From: an uncultured Planctomycetaceae bacterium
GTDB taxonomy: Bacteria; Planctomycetota; Planctomycetia; Planctomycetales; Planctomycetaceae
Direction of reading: 5' to 3'
Assembly (NCBI GenBank): GCA_963813715.1
Contig: CAWFAK010000008.1
Span: forward strand, 160,001 to 224,000
DNA: 64,000 nt
Made by a program: the position numbers and the translations under genes
Notes under the pieces: model-generated
The model's input: only the letters and a program-made list of their open reading frames with translations
Told to the model about the DNA's origin: nothing
Databases searched by the model: none
Shown here: positions 30,889 through 41,596 of the stretch, piece by piece
Layout of the letters: each line of letters opens with the position of its first letter
How positions within the stretch are numbered: the first letter of the stretch is position 1

Positions 30889-32840
30889 ATGCCCGGCCCG
30901 AGCGACGAACACAACGCCCCCGCGTTACGTGAAGCCGAAGAGCACTTTGCTCATCTCGTTGCGGCGGTTCAGGATTACGCGATCTTTCTGCTGAATCCGG
31001 CAGGCTACGTCAGAACGTGGAATGCCGGCGCGTCGCGGATTAACGGCTACGCCCCTGATGAAATCATCGGCAAGCACTTCTCGCAGTTCTACCTGCCCGA
31101 GGCGGTGGCCAAAGGCTGGCCGCAGCACGAATTGGAAACTGCCCGCCGCGTGGGGCGATTCGAGGACGAGGGCTGGCGCGTCCGCAAGGACGGCAGCAAA
31201 TTCTGGACGAGCGTCGTCATCACCGCGCTGCGTGATGCCGACGGCAAGCTCAGCGGCTTTCTGAAGATCACGCGCGATCTCACCGAACGCAGGGAGGCCC
31301 TTGAATCGCTGCGGCAGAGCGAGCAACGGTTCCGACTGCTCGTCGCCCAGGTCAAAGAGTACGCGATCTTCATGCTCGACCCGAACGGACACGTGTTGAG
31401 CTGGAACGCCGGCGCACAGCGAATCAAGGGCTATACCGCGGACGAAATCATCGGCAAGCACTTTTCGACCTTCTATTCCTCCGAAGACGTGGCGTCGGGA
31501 AAGCCCGCGCGAGAACTGCAGATTGCCCGTGAGCGGGGCAGCGTCGAGGATGAAGGCTGGCGGGTGAGAAAGGATCATTCGCTGTTTTGGGCGAACGTCG
31601 TCATCACCGCCATTCATGACGAGCACCAGCGCCTGATCGGATTTACGAAGGTCACACGCGACATGACCGAGCGGCGCAAGGTGGAAGCGCTCGAGGCGGC
31701 CGATCGGCAAAAGAACGAATTCCTGGCGATGCTCGCGCACGAGCTGCGAAACCCCCTGGCTCCGATTCGCAATGGACTCGAGCTCCTCAAGATGCAGGAC
31801 ATTGATCCGGATACCGCGCACCAGACAACGGAGATGATGGAACGGCAAGTCATCCATCTCGTTCGCCTGGTCGACGACTTGCTCGATGTGTCCCGGGTGA
31901 TCACGGGAAAACTGTCATTCAAGAAAGAACCCGTCGAGATCGACGCGATCGTTCGAGCCGCCGTTGAAGAGAGTCAACCCGCGATTGACGCCCGCGGGCA
32001 CGAATTGATGCTTTCCGTGCCCGCGCGGTCGATCCTCGTCGACGCTGACCCGCACCGACTTTCGCAAGTGCTCGTCAACTTATTGGAGAACGCCGCGAAG
32101 TACACGGACACGCCCAGTCAGATGTGGCTTTCGGTCGAACGCCAGGACGACGAGGCGGTCATTCAGATCCGGGATGTCGGAATTGGAATCGCCCCGGAGA
32201 TGTTGCCAAACATCTTCAATCTCTTCGTACAGGCCGATAACTCGGTGGCCCGACCCAGAGGGGGACTGGGAATTGGACTCAACGTGGTCAAGCGGATCGT
32301 CGAGTTGCACGGAGGCCGCGTCGAAGCGTCGAGCGCAGGGCTCGGCCAAGGCAGCGAGTTTACTGTCCGTCTTCCGATTTCAAAGTCCGCCGCGCCCAAT
32401 GCGCCGCGCAGGCTCCCAGGCTGGAATATGGCCAGCCAACGAAGCGTAAGATCCTCGTGGTGGACGACAACGTCGATGCTGCCGTAACCACAACCTCCTT
32501 GCTCAGGGCCTGGGGACACGATGTCCAAGCCGCCTACAGCGGAGAGGCGGCATTGGCCAGAGTGAGGAGCTTTCGCCCGGAGATCATCCTGCTCGATATT
32601 GGCATGCCTGGCATGACGGGATACGAAGTCGCCAAGCACCTCAGAGCAGACCCAACGGCTCAAGGCATTATCATCGCGGCATTGACCGGCTATGGCCAAG
32701 ACGCGGACCGCGAGCGATCCTGGGACGCGGGTTTCGACTACCATCTCACGAAGCCGCCGGATCCCATCTTGCTCGAATCCCTGGTCACATCACCTCGTTC
32801 GCGCGATCGGGGCCCCTCGCGGCTCGCGGAAAACAACTGA
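30889..32840 (+). CDS. PAS-PAS hybrid sensor histidine kinase with receiver domain (frameshift near 32430)
   Basis: Two PAS repeats (YAIF.L.P.G...WNAGA.RI.GY), LAHELRNPL, NLLENAAKY, GGLGIGL; receiver VVDDNVD...LLDIGMP...KP in the next frame. Confidence 0.92.
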
Positions 32841-33267
32841 GCCGCGGCTACTTCGCAGTGTTCGTGAAATCCGACCAGTTTCTGCAGGAACTTGTCCGTT
32901 GAGTCGGCCGACCGACGGAACCAGCCGCCAGTGCCACTCGGAGGAAATCAGCGAAATAATGAGGAAAACGATCTTAGGCCGTCCGACTCTGCGCGGCGGA
33001 AATTGGATCCTTGATTTGGATCGCCAGGTCGTGCTCGATGGTTGAAGCGCGGAACGCCGCTCGAAGCGCCACAGGTCCCAGATCGCCACGGCGATTCCGC
33101 CGGCCGCTTGTGTGCTACCAGAGAATCGAACAAGGCCGAAAAGAAACCGCCGCTGTTCCCTTGAAGGACCGTTGCCGTTGTGTTCTAAATTGCGATTCGG
33201 GCCGCAATTGTCGAGTGGTCGTCACGATGTGACGGTGAGCGTTCCTTCAACGGACTGAGGATCTTCT

Positions 33268-33861
33268 TTGCCGAAATCAATCGCGGTTCTTGCCCTCGTT
33301 GCGTTTGCTGTCACCGCTTCGTCGTCGAAGGCGGACACGACCTTTACCGTTAATGGGACGTTTGCCAACGCGAATTCGTTTGGCGGCGGTACGGATGCCT
33401 TAGCAGGGACGGTCACGATCGACACCGTGGGCGGCACGGCGACGGCGTGGGACGTGAACGTTGGGCTCTCGTCGGGCTTATCCAGCTTTTTTGGGACGCC
33501 AGCGCTGACCTTCGATTCTGCGCCCACGACGACGATCCTCTTCTCAGGCGACGTGGAACTTTCGGGCCTGGCCGCGGGTGGGCTGGATGCGGAGTTGAAC
33601 CTCTTTCTCCCGGTTAACACGCTGGTTGGTTATTCCGGTGGCAGCTTGCTTGATAGTTCGTCAGGTCCGCCGACCTCGCAGCTTGTACCGCCCGGCGGCG
33701 AGGGGAGTTACGCCTCGCTCGAAGCCGGCACGTTGACTCCCCCCCTGAGCACGCCTGAACCCGCGACGTTCACACTGCTCGCCACCGGATTCTTGACGTT
33801 CGGCGGCTACGGCCTTTTTCGGCGACGTCGAGCGGCGACGGAAACGACCCCGGTCTGCTGA
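33268..33861 (+). CDS. PEP-CTERM surface protein
   Basis: Signal peptide; C-terminal TPEPATFTLL + TM + RRRR. Confidence 0.88.
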   Translation: MPKSIAVLALVAFAVTASSSKADTTFTVNGTFANANSFGGGTDALAGTVTIDTVGGTATAWDVNVGLSSGLSSFFGTPALTFDSAPTTTILFSGDVELSGLAAGGLDAELNLFLPVNTLVGYSGGSLLDSSSGPPTSQLVPPGGEGSYASLEAGTLTPPLSTPEPATFTLLATGFLTFGGYGLFRRRRAATETTPVC

Positions 33862-34065
33862 CGATTCCTCCGCCGGCGTCTGGATTCGGCTCAGTCGTAG
33901 GGTGTGACCCACTCGCGAAGCGGTCAACGCTGCCACACGAGCCGCCCGCCACAAAGACGGTGTGCCTGCGGATCTTCGCCGCAGCTATCTGCATCGAGCC
34001 GCAGAACGGCTGCCCTTCGCCGTACCGCTTCTTGGTTGCGGGCACCACGGACGGCGCAAACAAAA

Positions 34066-34097
34066 CGGCCCGGAGCGATTGAAGCGTTCCGGGCCGG
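34066..34097 (-). terminator. Intrinsic terminator of tRNA-Leu
   Basis: cggcccgga...tccgggccg stem followed by TTTTGTTT on the minus strand. Confidence 0.7.
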
Positions 34098-34109
34098 GGT
34101 TTTGTAAGT

Positions 34110-34195
<86 letters not shown>

Positions 34196-34392
34196 GGGAG
34201 CGTTGAGTATATCAGGCGCCTGGGTCGCGGCAAGCACGTCGATTGGCCGCTCCCAAGTCGGCTCGCACAAGGTGGATAGGCACGCGCGTTTGGCACCAGC
34301 CGCCGCAGACCGCATAATCGGTTGAGCGATCGCTCCCTGGTCCAAAAAAGACCCGGCGCCCGGCCGGTCCTCACACACAAAAACCTTCCCGC

Positions 34393-35526
34393 ATGAAGAT
34401 TGTCGACGTCCGCATTTATCCGCTCTCCGGTGAGACCGTCGATGGCGGCTGGCCGCAGGGGCATGAGCCGCAGGAGGATTTGCACACGCTGGTCGAGGTG
34501 GTGGGCGAGTCGGGCTTCAGCGGTTGGGGCAGTTGCTTCACGTCCGGGTCGCTTGTCGCGGGGGCGATGCGATTGTTGTGGCCGCTGCTTGTCGAAGCGC
34601 GGGCGGATGAACCCGAACGCACGACGGAGACGCTGCGGCAATCGACCTTTTGGCAGGGGCGCGGCGGCGCCGTCGAGCATGCGATCAGCGGCATCGATCT
34701 CGCGCTGTGGGACATTTTTGGCAAAGTTTGCCGGCAGCCGGTCGCCCGCCTGTTGGGCGGCAGCTACCGTTCCCGAATCAAACCTTACGGCTCGATTTTG
34801 TTCGACGAGCCGGACGCGCTGAAGCGGCGGCTCGAGGCGACCGTCGAGCGGGGGTTTCGCGCGATCAAGCTGGGCTGGCGGCCGTTTGGGCGGCGCGGCC
34901 GGCGGTTCGACGAACTGCTGATGCGGACGGCTCGCGAAACCGTGGGCGACCGGGTCGAGTTGATGGTCGACGCGGGGGGGAGCGAGCAGTTCTGGCCGCA
35001 CGGACTGAATTGGGCGCGTGAAACGGCGCGGATGCTGGCGGAGTACGACGTGACGTGGTTCGAGGAGCCGTTGCCGCCCGACGATTTGGAGGGTTACGCG
35101 GAGCTGACGCGGACGTCGCCCGTGCCGATCGCGGGGGGCGAGGTGCTGACGCGTCGCCAATCGTTCGTGCCGTGGCTCGAGCGGCGGGCCGTCGACATCA
35201 TTCAGCCCGACTGCACCAAGAACGGCGGATTGAGCGAGTCGCGGCGAATTGCCTGGCTGGCGCAGGACCACAACATCCGTTTTGTGCCGCACGGATGGAA
35301 CACGGTCGTCGGGCTGGCGGCCGATTTGCAACTGTCGGCGGCCTTGCCGAATGCGTTCTACGTTGAATATCTGACGCCGTCCGCATACATCGACGAATTG
35401 ACGGTCGCGCCGCCGCGGCTGGATGGTGCGGGCCTGTTGCCGATTCCCGACGGGCCGGGGTTGGGCATCGAAATCGACCGCGACAAGTTGCAACGCTTTT
35501 CCCGCCCGATAGAAAATTGGAAGTGA
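34393..35526 (+). CDS. Mandelate racemase/muconate lactonizing enzyme family protein
   Basis: AISGIDLALWD, LMVDA, WFEEP, AGGE, IIQPD, PHGW. Confidence 0.9.
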   Translation: MKIVDVRIYPLSGETVDGGWPQGHEPQEDLHTLVEVVGESGFSGWGSCFTSGSLVAGAMRLLWPLLVEARADEPERTTETLRQSTFWQGRGGAVEHAISGIDLALWDIFGKVCRQPVARLLGGSYRSRIKPYGSILFDEPDALKRRLEATVERGFRAIKLGWRPFGRRGRRFDELLMRTARETVGDRVELMVDAGGSEQFWPHGLNWARETARMLAEYDVTWFEEPLPPDDLEGYAELTRTSPVPIAGGEVLTRRQSFVPWLERRAVDIIQPDCTKNGGLSESRRIAWLAQDHNIRFVPHGWNTVVGLAADLQLSAALPNAFYVEYLTPSAYIDELTVAPPRLDGAGLLPIPDGPGLGIEIDRDKLQRFSRPIENWK

Positions 35527-35612
35527 GGATTGAAAGCCGCCCTCAGCCCGACCCTCTCCCGGATTACCGGAGCGAGGGTGTAAAGCCTCGCCAGACGAGC
35601 CGGAACGACTCG

Positions 35613-36536
35613 ATGACCTTGTTGCGACGTTTTGAAAAGCCCGAGCTTTATCGCGGCGGGTACGTGTCGATTGGCAACTTCGACGGCGTTCATCGGGGCC
35701 ACCAGGAAATCGCCCAGCACCTGGCGGCGCGGGCCGGGCGAGAAGGCGTTCCCGCGGTCGTGCTGACGTTCGATCCGCATCCGCTCGTCCTGTTGCGTCC
35801 TACTCACGTCCCCCCCAGCCTGACGACGCTCGAGCAGAAGGCCGAGTTGCTCGAACAAGCCGGCGTGAACTGTGTGATCGCCTATCCGACCGACCATGCG
35901 CTGCTGCAGCTTACGCCGAGCGAATTCGTCGATTCGATCCTCGTCGGCCAGTTGGCGGCAAAGGGAATCATCGAGGGCCCGAATTTTTGTTTCGGCAAAG
36001 ACCGCGCGGGCGATATCGACACGCTGAGTCAATTGTGCCGCGACCGCCAGATATTGCTCGAGGTTGCAGAGCCCGTCGGCGGCGCGCGGGCCATGGTCTC
36101 TTCGAGCACGATTCGCGCACTCGTTGCGGTCGGCAAGATCGGAGAAGCGGTGCAGCTGTTGGGACATCCGTATCGGATTGCGGGCGAGGTCGTGACGGGA
36201 GCACGACGCGGGCAGCAGATCGGCTTTCCCACGGCCAACATCGCGAACGTTAAAACGCTGCTCCCCGCGGACGGCGTTTACGCGGGGATCGCTGTCGCCG
36301 AGGGCAGCAAGTTTGTGGCGGCAATCAATCTCGGCCCCAATCCCACGTTCGGCGAAAACGCCCGCAAGGTGGAAGTGCATTTGCTCGATTTCGCCGGCGA
36401 CCTGTACGGCCGATCTCTAGCCGTTGATTTACTGGAACGCGTCCGCGACGTGCGGAAGTTTGCCGGCCGCGAAGAGCTGATCGAGCAGATCGGGAAGGAC
36501 GTGGCTGCGGTGCGGGCGATTACCGCCGGAGCATGA
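35613..36536 (+). CDS. ribF: Bifunctional riboflavin kinase/FAD synthetase
   Basis: IGNFDGVHRGH, TFDPHP, SSSTIR, GFPTAN, EVHLLDF. Confidence 0.95.
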   Translation: MTLLRRFEKPELYRGGYVSIGNFDGVHRGHQEIAQHLAARAGREGVPAVVLTFDPHPLVLLRPTHVPPSLTTLEQKAELLEQAGVNCVIAYPTDHALLQLTPSEFVDSILVGQLAAKGIIEGPNFCFGKDRAGDIDTLSQLCRDRQILLEVAEPVGGARAMVSSSTIRALVAVGKIGEAVQLLGHPYRIAGEVVTGARRGQQIGFPTANIANVKTLLPADGVYAGIAVAEGSKFVAAINLGPNPTFGENARKVEVHLLDFAGDLYGRSLAVDLLERVRDVRKFAGREELIEQIGKDVAAVRAITAGA

Positions 36537-36894
36537 ATCGCTGCGCCGGCAGCGTGAATCGGCTGAGCCGGGAATAGAAAAATCGGCAAAATAAACGCGA
36601 CGCCGAGAGGCGGGCGAAGAAGTCGGGCACGTCTCCAAAAAGAAACGCGCGCGGATTCATTCAGTTTTCATCGACTTTTGGTAATGCTGTTTGAACGTCG
36701 CACTTTGAGCCTTGAGCGCAGTCGGTCATTGGGCAAAAATTAAGAAAGCGTCAGCGGACCAACGGCGACGACGCTGCGACGGGCCGGGAGACAGACTGTG
36801 GCCACGACCGAACCGCCGGGTCAGGCGGCGGTTGTTTGCCGTCCACGATCAACACTACTGGAACACAAGCCGGACTCGTCGAGGTTTGTCAGGC

Positions 36895-37951
36895 GATGAT
36901 CCATCTCGACTGCGTTTGCGGCACTCGCCTGGAGGTTCTCGACCTTTACGCGGGGGGCCATATTGTCTGCCACGCGTGCGGCGCGTCGGTGAACGTCCCG
37001 GCCGACGCGGCTGTGCTCGAGGAAAAGTTTCGCTTCCACTGCCCGTATTGCGAGGCGCGCGTCGTCGGCCGCCGCGGCTCAGCCGGCAAAAAGTCGCAGT
37101 GCCCGAGCTGCGGCAAGATGTACACGGTCCCCGAGCCGCCCTCCGATTCGGACGTCCTCGAGTCGCACACCGACCGCCGCATTCATTTGGACACGGACGA
37201 CCTGTCCGCGCACATCGGACTGCCGTTCCCGGTGGGAAGGCTCGAGCCTCGGGTGCCCGTCCTGCCGCAGCCGCGTTTCATGCATCCGCCGGAAGAGGTG
37301 GCGGCCGCCCGCGAAGATCCGATTCCCTGGCCGCTGCCGGATCTGACTGTCCCAGCGGAAACGCAAGCGGCCGCTTCGGACGTGCTGCCGGACGCTCCGT
37401 CGCAGGCACACGCGGAGGCACGCCTGCCGTTGACCGATCTCTGGTCGGGCGCGAGGTCGCTTGATCAGCACCTGGCTGAGATGATGGATCCGAATCGGCA
37501 GATGGTCGTCGGGTCATCGAGCGCCGTCGAGCCCTCCAGCTCGGCGCCGACCGCGCCTTCGATTCCACAGGTCGACGGCCCGGCCAAGCCGGCGAGCGTC
37601 GGCGAGCTGCAGATCGTGAGCGGCAACGGCGTCAGCCAGCGGATCCGCATGGACTTCCGCCGCTTTCTCATCGGCAACGAGCGGGATTGCGACCTGCGGC
37701 CCGTGAGCCCGCTTTTGAGCCGGCACCACTGCGTCTTCAAGCGGGACGAGTACGCCGTCCGCGTCCGCGACCTGGGGAGCAACAGCGGCACATTCGTCAA
37801 CGGCCGCCGCATCCACACCGAGGCCATTTTGAAGCCCGGCGATGACGTGACCGTCGGCGACATCACATTGCACGTCGTGCTGCCGAACTCGCCCCGCGTC
37901 ACGCAGATGCAGGACAGCAATCCGTCGATCAGCGACTTCGTGATCCTCTAG
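36895..37951 (+). CDS. Zinc-ribbon and FHA domain protein
   Basis: CVC/CHAC and CPYC/CPSC pairs; FHA SRHHC...RDLGSNSGTFVNG. Confidence 0.82.
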
Positions 37952-37953
37952 CG

Positions 37954-38600
37954 GTGTCCGCGCTGCGAGTGGTCTACGAAGACAACCATTGCCTGGCGGT
38001 GATCAAACCAGCCGGGCTGCTCACGGCTGGCGACCGCACGGGGGACGTTTCACTCGTCGACCAGGTCCGCGATTATCTGCGGACCAAGTACCAAAAGCCG
38101 GGCAACGTCTTCGTCGGCGTCGTGCATCGGCTCGACCGTCCGGTGGGCGGAGTGGTCGTTTTTGCCCGCACGAGCAAGGCCGCCTCGCGACTGTCGGAAC
38201 AATTTCGCGCAGGCCGCGTGGAAAAGGTGTATCAAGCGCTCGTTGAGGGCGCGTCGCCCGGCGCGAGGGAGAACTGGTCGACCGTCTGGTCAAAGATCAC
38301 AAAACAAACGTGGTCCGCCGTTCAGCGCAAGACGAACCGAGCACGCGCGAGAGCCGCCTCTATTTTCGCCGGCTGAAAGGCACTCCCGACGCGACGCTCT
38401 TGGAAATCCGTCCCACGACCGGCCGCAGCCACCAGATCCGCGTGCAACTGGCCGCGATGGGCCACCCAATCGTCGGCGACCGCAAATACGGCTCGAGGCG
38501 CCCGTTTGAGGACGGAATCGCCCTCCGCGCCGTGCAGCTGACTTTCGAGCATCCGACCACGAAGCAGCCCATCACGGTCGAGGCCGCCGTCGATTGGTGA
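37954..38600 (+). CDS. RluA family pseudouridine synthase (frameshift near 38265)
   Basis: YEDNH...[24 protein letters not shown]...HPIVGD.KYG. Confidence 0.9.
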
Positions 38601-38633
38601 GTCCTAGAGGCAGAGCGCGAAGGCCGCGCTCAT

Positions 38634-38687
38634 CCGTCATTCGGGCTTCGTGCTTCTTTCGTCATCTCATTCGTGCTTCGTCATTTC
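38634..38687. repeat. Degenerate heptamer tandem repeat (TTCGTCA/TTCGTGC)
   Basis: ccgtcat tcgggct tcgtgct ... tcgtcat ... tcgtgct tcgtcat between convergent genes. Confidence 0.55.
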
Positions 38688-38689
38688 CA

Positions 38690-39745
38690 TCACCGGCTCC
38701 GTACGCCGGCGAGGGCCGTGCGGATTCGTCGCACCGCCGCGTCGACAGCTGCTCGGTCATGGTGCCGGTTGGTGACGAGGCGGATTTGGCGGGGTGGGCG
38801 GCCGCTGGCGAGTAGGCCGGCTGATTTGAAGCGGTCGAGGATTTCCTGCGTCGAGAGGCCGGTCGCGGTGTGGTCGACGTTCACCATGTTCGTCTCAACC
38901 GATTCCGGATCGACGCTCAGTCCAGGCACTTCGTTGACCGCGAGCGCGAGCAGCCGGGCGTTCGCGTGATCGTCCGCCAGGCGATCGACTAAATTTTCGA
39001 GCGCGACGAGTCCGCACGCGGCAATCACTCCCGCTTGACGCATGCCGCCGCCGATTCGCTTGCGACAATGATCGGCCTTGGCAATGAATTCGCGGCTGCC
39101 GACGAGTAACGAACCGAGCGGGCACGAGAGCCCTTTCGACAGGCAGAACATCACCGAGTCGGCGTGTTGGGCCACGGCCGCCGCGGAGACGCCTTGCTGA
39201 ATGGCCGCGTTGAAAATCCGCGCACCGTCGAGATGGACGGCCAGGCCCCGTTCGTGGGCCACATGGCACAGCCGATTTTGCAGCTCGAGCGGAACGACGC
39301 GGCCGCCGCTCAGGTTGTGCGTGTTTTCGAGGCACAGCAAGCGGGGCACCGGATAGTGCAAATTGAAGGGGCGAATGGCCGCCGCCACGTCGTCGGGATC
39401 GAGCATGCCTTTGCGGCTGGTGAGCGCGAGCGGCATCAAGCCAGCGACATTCGCCATGCCGCCCGCTTCGTAAGCGTAGATATGCGACTGCGAGTCGAGC
39501 AGCACTTCGTCGCCGGGGTTGGCGTGCGCCATCAAGGCACAGAGATTGCCCATCGTCCCACTGATCACCAGCAGGGCCGCTTCCTTGCCGAGCATTTTGG
39601 CCGCCAGCGATTCGAGGCGGGTAACGGTCGGGTCCTCGTCGAAGGTATCGTCTCCCAGCGGCGCGTGGCGGATCGCCTCCAGCATCTCGGGCGTGGGGAG
39701 GGTCTGGGTGTCGCTGCGAAAATTGAGCACGCTGTCTGAAATCAC
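38690..39745 (-). CDS. ltaE: Low-specificity L-threonine aldolase
   Basis: FRSDT, SGTMGN, LENTHN, HLDGARIFNA, CLSKGL, GGGMRQAG. Confidence 0.92.
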   Translation of the reverse strand: MISDSVLNFRSDTQTLPTPEMLEAIRHAPLGDDTFDEDPTVTRLESLAAKMLGKEAALLVISGTMGNLCALMAHANPGDEVLLDSQSHIYAYEAGGMANVAGLMPLALTSRKGMLDPDDVAAAIRPFNLHYPVPRLLCLENTHNLSGGRVVPLELQNRLCHVAHERGLAVHLDGARIFNAAIQQGVSAAAVAQHADSVMFCLSKGLSCPLGSLLVGSREFIAKADHCRKRIGGGMRQAGVIAACGLVALENLVDRLADDHANARLLALAVNEVPGLSVDPESVETNMVNVDHTATGLSTQEILDRFKSAGLLASGRPPRQIRLVTNRHHDRAAVDAAVRRIRTALAGVRSR

Positions 39746-39839
39746 AATGCCGCTCCGATTTGGGCGTTCCGTTTTGAACGGGCGATGAGTCCGTTATGCT
39801 GCAGCATACCAAGCAGGACGCAAAAATTCGGAGCGACGC

Positions 39840-40712
39840 ATGCAAGTGGTGATTACCGCGGTAGGCCCCGACAATCGCGGGCTGGCCGATCCGATCGTGC
39901 ACCATGTCACGGGATCGGGTGCGAACATCCACGAAATCCAAATGTACAACCACGACTCGGAGCAGTTGTTCGCCATGCTGCTGCGGGTCGAATGGACGGG
40001 CGGACCCGAGTCGGTCGCCGAGCTATCGGCCCGGATGCAGGACGTCGGCCGCGGCAAGGGATTGTCGTTGCGAACGTGGTCGCGGGAGGCTCTCGGACGT
40101 CCGCCCCGTCTCGCGCTTTGCACGACCCATCGTCCCGAGCCGGCGCTCGCCGTGTTGCGAGCCATTCGCGACGGCCGCCTGGCCGCGACTCCGGCCGTGA
40201 TGATTGGGAATCGGGACGCCTGCCGCGGGGTGGCCGAGCAGTTCGGCGTCGAATGGCAGCAGGTCGGAGACGCACAAGGACGGCCCGACAATGACCGCAT
40301 GGTCGAGCTGTTCGACAAATACGCCGTCGACTACATCATTCTGGCGCGGTACATGCGGATTCTACCGCCCGCCACCTGCTGGAAATTCGCCGGCGGCCGC
40401 ATCATCAACTTGCACCACGGCCTCTTGCCCTCGTTTCCTGGTGCGAGCCCCTACGAAGACGCGTTTCAGCACCGGATGCTGACCTATGGGGCGACGATTC
40501 ATTTCATCGTCCCGGAGCTCGACGCCGGCAACCAGATCATTCATCAGAGCACATTTACCGTCTTTCCGGGCACGCCGCTGGCCGAGATCAAACGACGTGG
40601 CCAAACCGATCACGAACCGTCCGCCCTGGTCGAAGGGGTACGACGAGTGGTCGATCGGGAGGTCGAGCTCCACTTCCATCGGGTGGTGCGGACGGGCACG
40701 GATTCGGTCTGA
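39840..40712 (+). CDS. purU: Formyltetrahydrofolate deformylase
   Basis: N-terminal ACT-like domain, LARYMRIL, INLHHGLLPSF.GA.PY, GATIHF...LDAG. Confidence 0.88.
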   Translation: MQVVITAVGPDNRGLADPIVHHVTGSGANIHEIQMYNHDSEQLFAMLLRVEWTGGPESVAELSARMQDVGRGKGLSLRTWSREALGRPPRLALCTTHRPEPALAVLRAIRDGRLAATPAVMIGNRDACRGVAEQFGVEWQQVGDAQGRPDNDRMVELFDKYAVDYIILARYMRILPPATCWKFAGGRIINLHHGLLPSFPGASPYEDAFQHRMLTYGATIHFIVPELDAGNQIIHQSTFTVFPGTPLAEIKRRGQTDHEPSALVEGVRRVVDREVELHFHRVVRTGTDSV

Positions 40713-40869
40713 TTTCCCGCGATGATTTCGGTGTTGTAATTTCCCGTGAATGCCAGGTGATTGTTTCAGAGTTAAACCGTCCAACTTGACGAAAGGCGTG
40801 CAGCCAATCGACGTTGGGACAAGGATCGGGTAGAATTCCCGATGGCTGCGGACAACCGGAGCGGATTGC

Positions 40870-41556
40870 ATGGATCTCTTGGTCATAGAAGATGAGGCCG
40901 TGTTGGGAAAAGCTCTCCAACGCGGCTTATCGGATTGTCATCACGAATGCACATGGGTGCGCAACGGCAAGAAGGGGCTCGACTTAGGGCTGAGCCAACG
41001 CTTTGACGCCATCATCCTCGACCTGCTGCTCCCGGACATGGAGGGGCTGCAGGTGCTGGATTCGCTGCGGACCCGCGGCGTCCAAACACCCGTGCTGGTG
41101 CTAACGGCCCTCGGATCGGTCGAAAATCGGGTCCGCGGCCTGAAAAGCGGGGCGGACGATTACCTGGTCAAACCGTTTGCCTTCCCCGAGCTGACAGCCC
41201 GCCTTGAGGCCCTCTCGCGGCGCTCGAGCTTCCGGCCGTCGATGACGCATACCGTCGGACCGCTGACCCTCGACATGACCACCCGCCGGGCGTCGCGGGG
41301 GGAGCGGGAGATCGAGCTGTCCCCCACCGAGTTCACGGTGCTCGAATACTTGATGCGGTTTGCCGGCCAGGTGGTGACGCGCAAGATGCTCAGTCAACAC
41401 GTGTGGGATGACGATTGGGACGGCACGACCAACGTGATCGACGTGCACATCAATCGTCTTCGCAACAAGATCGACCGCGGCTTCGATATGCCGCTCATTC
41501 AGACGGTCCGCGGTCACGGCTACGTTTTGCGAGCCGCCGAACCCAGCGCCCTCTGA
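40870..41556 (+). CDS. OmpR-family response regulator
   Basis: Receiver domain (LDLLLP, GADDYLVKPF) and winged helix (VHINRLRNK, TVRGHGY). Confidence 0.95.
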   Translation: MDLLVIEDEAVLGKALQRGLSDCHHECTWVRNGKKGLDLGLSQRFDAIILDLLLPDMEGLQVLDSLRTRGVQTPVLVLTALGSVENRVRGLKSGADDYLVKPFAFPELTARLEALSRRSSFRPSMTHTVGPLTLDMTTRRASRGEREIELSPTEFTVLEYLMRFAGQVVTRKMLSQHVWDDDWDGTTNVIDVHINRLRNKIDRGFDMPLIQTVRGHGYVLRAAEPSAL

Positions 41557-41596
41557 CCGCCGGGCTGCGGCAGGAACCGCGCTGGGCAGGATTGCG

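Noticed and set aside
35541..35580. Degenerate CCCTC.CCC..CCCTCTCCC...GAGGG palindrome before ribF (weaker copy near 24930)
   Set aside because: Common dispersed REP-like repeat; too degenerate to say more
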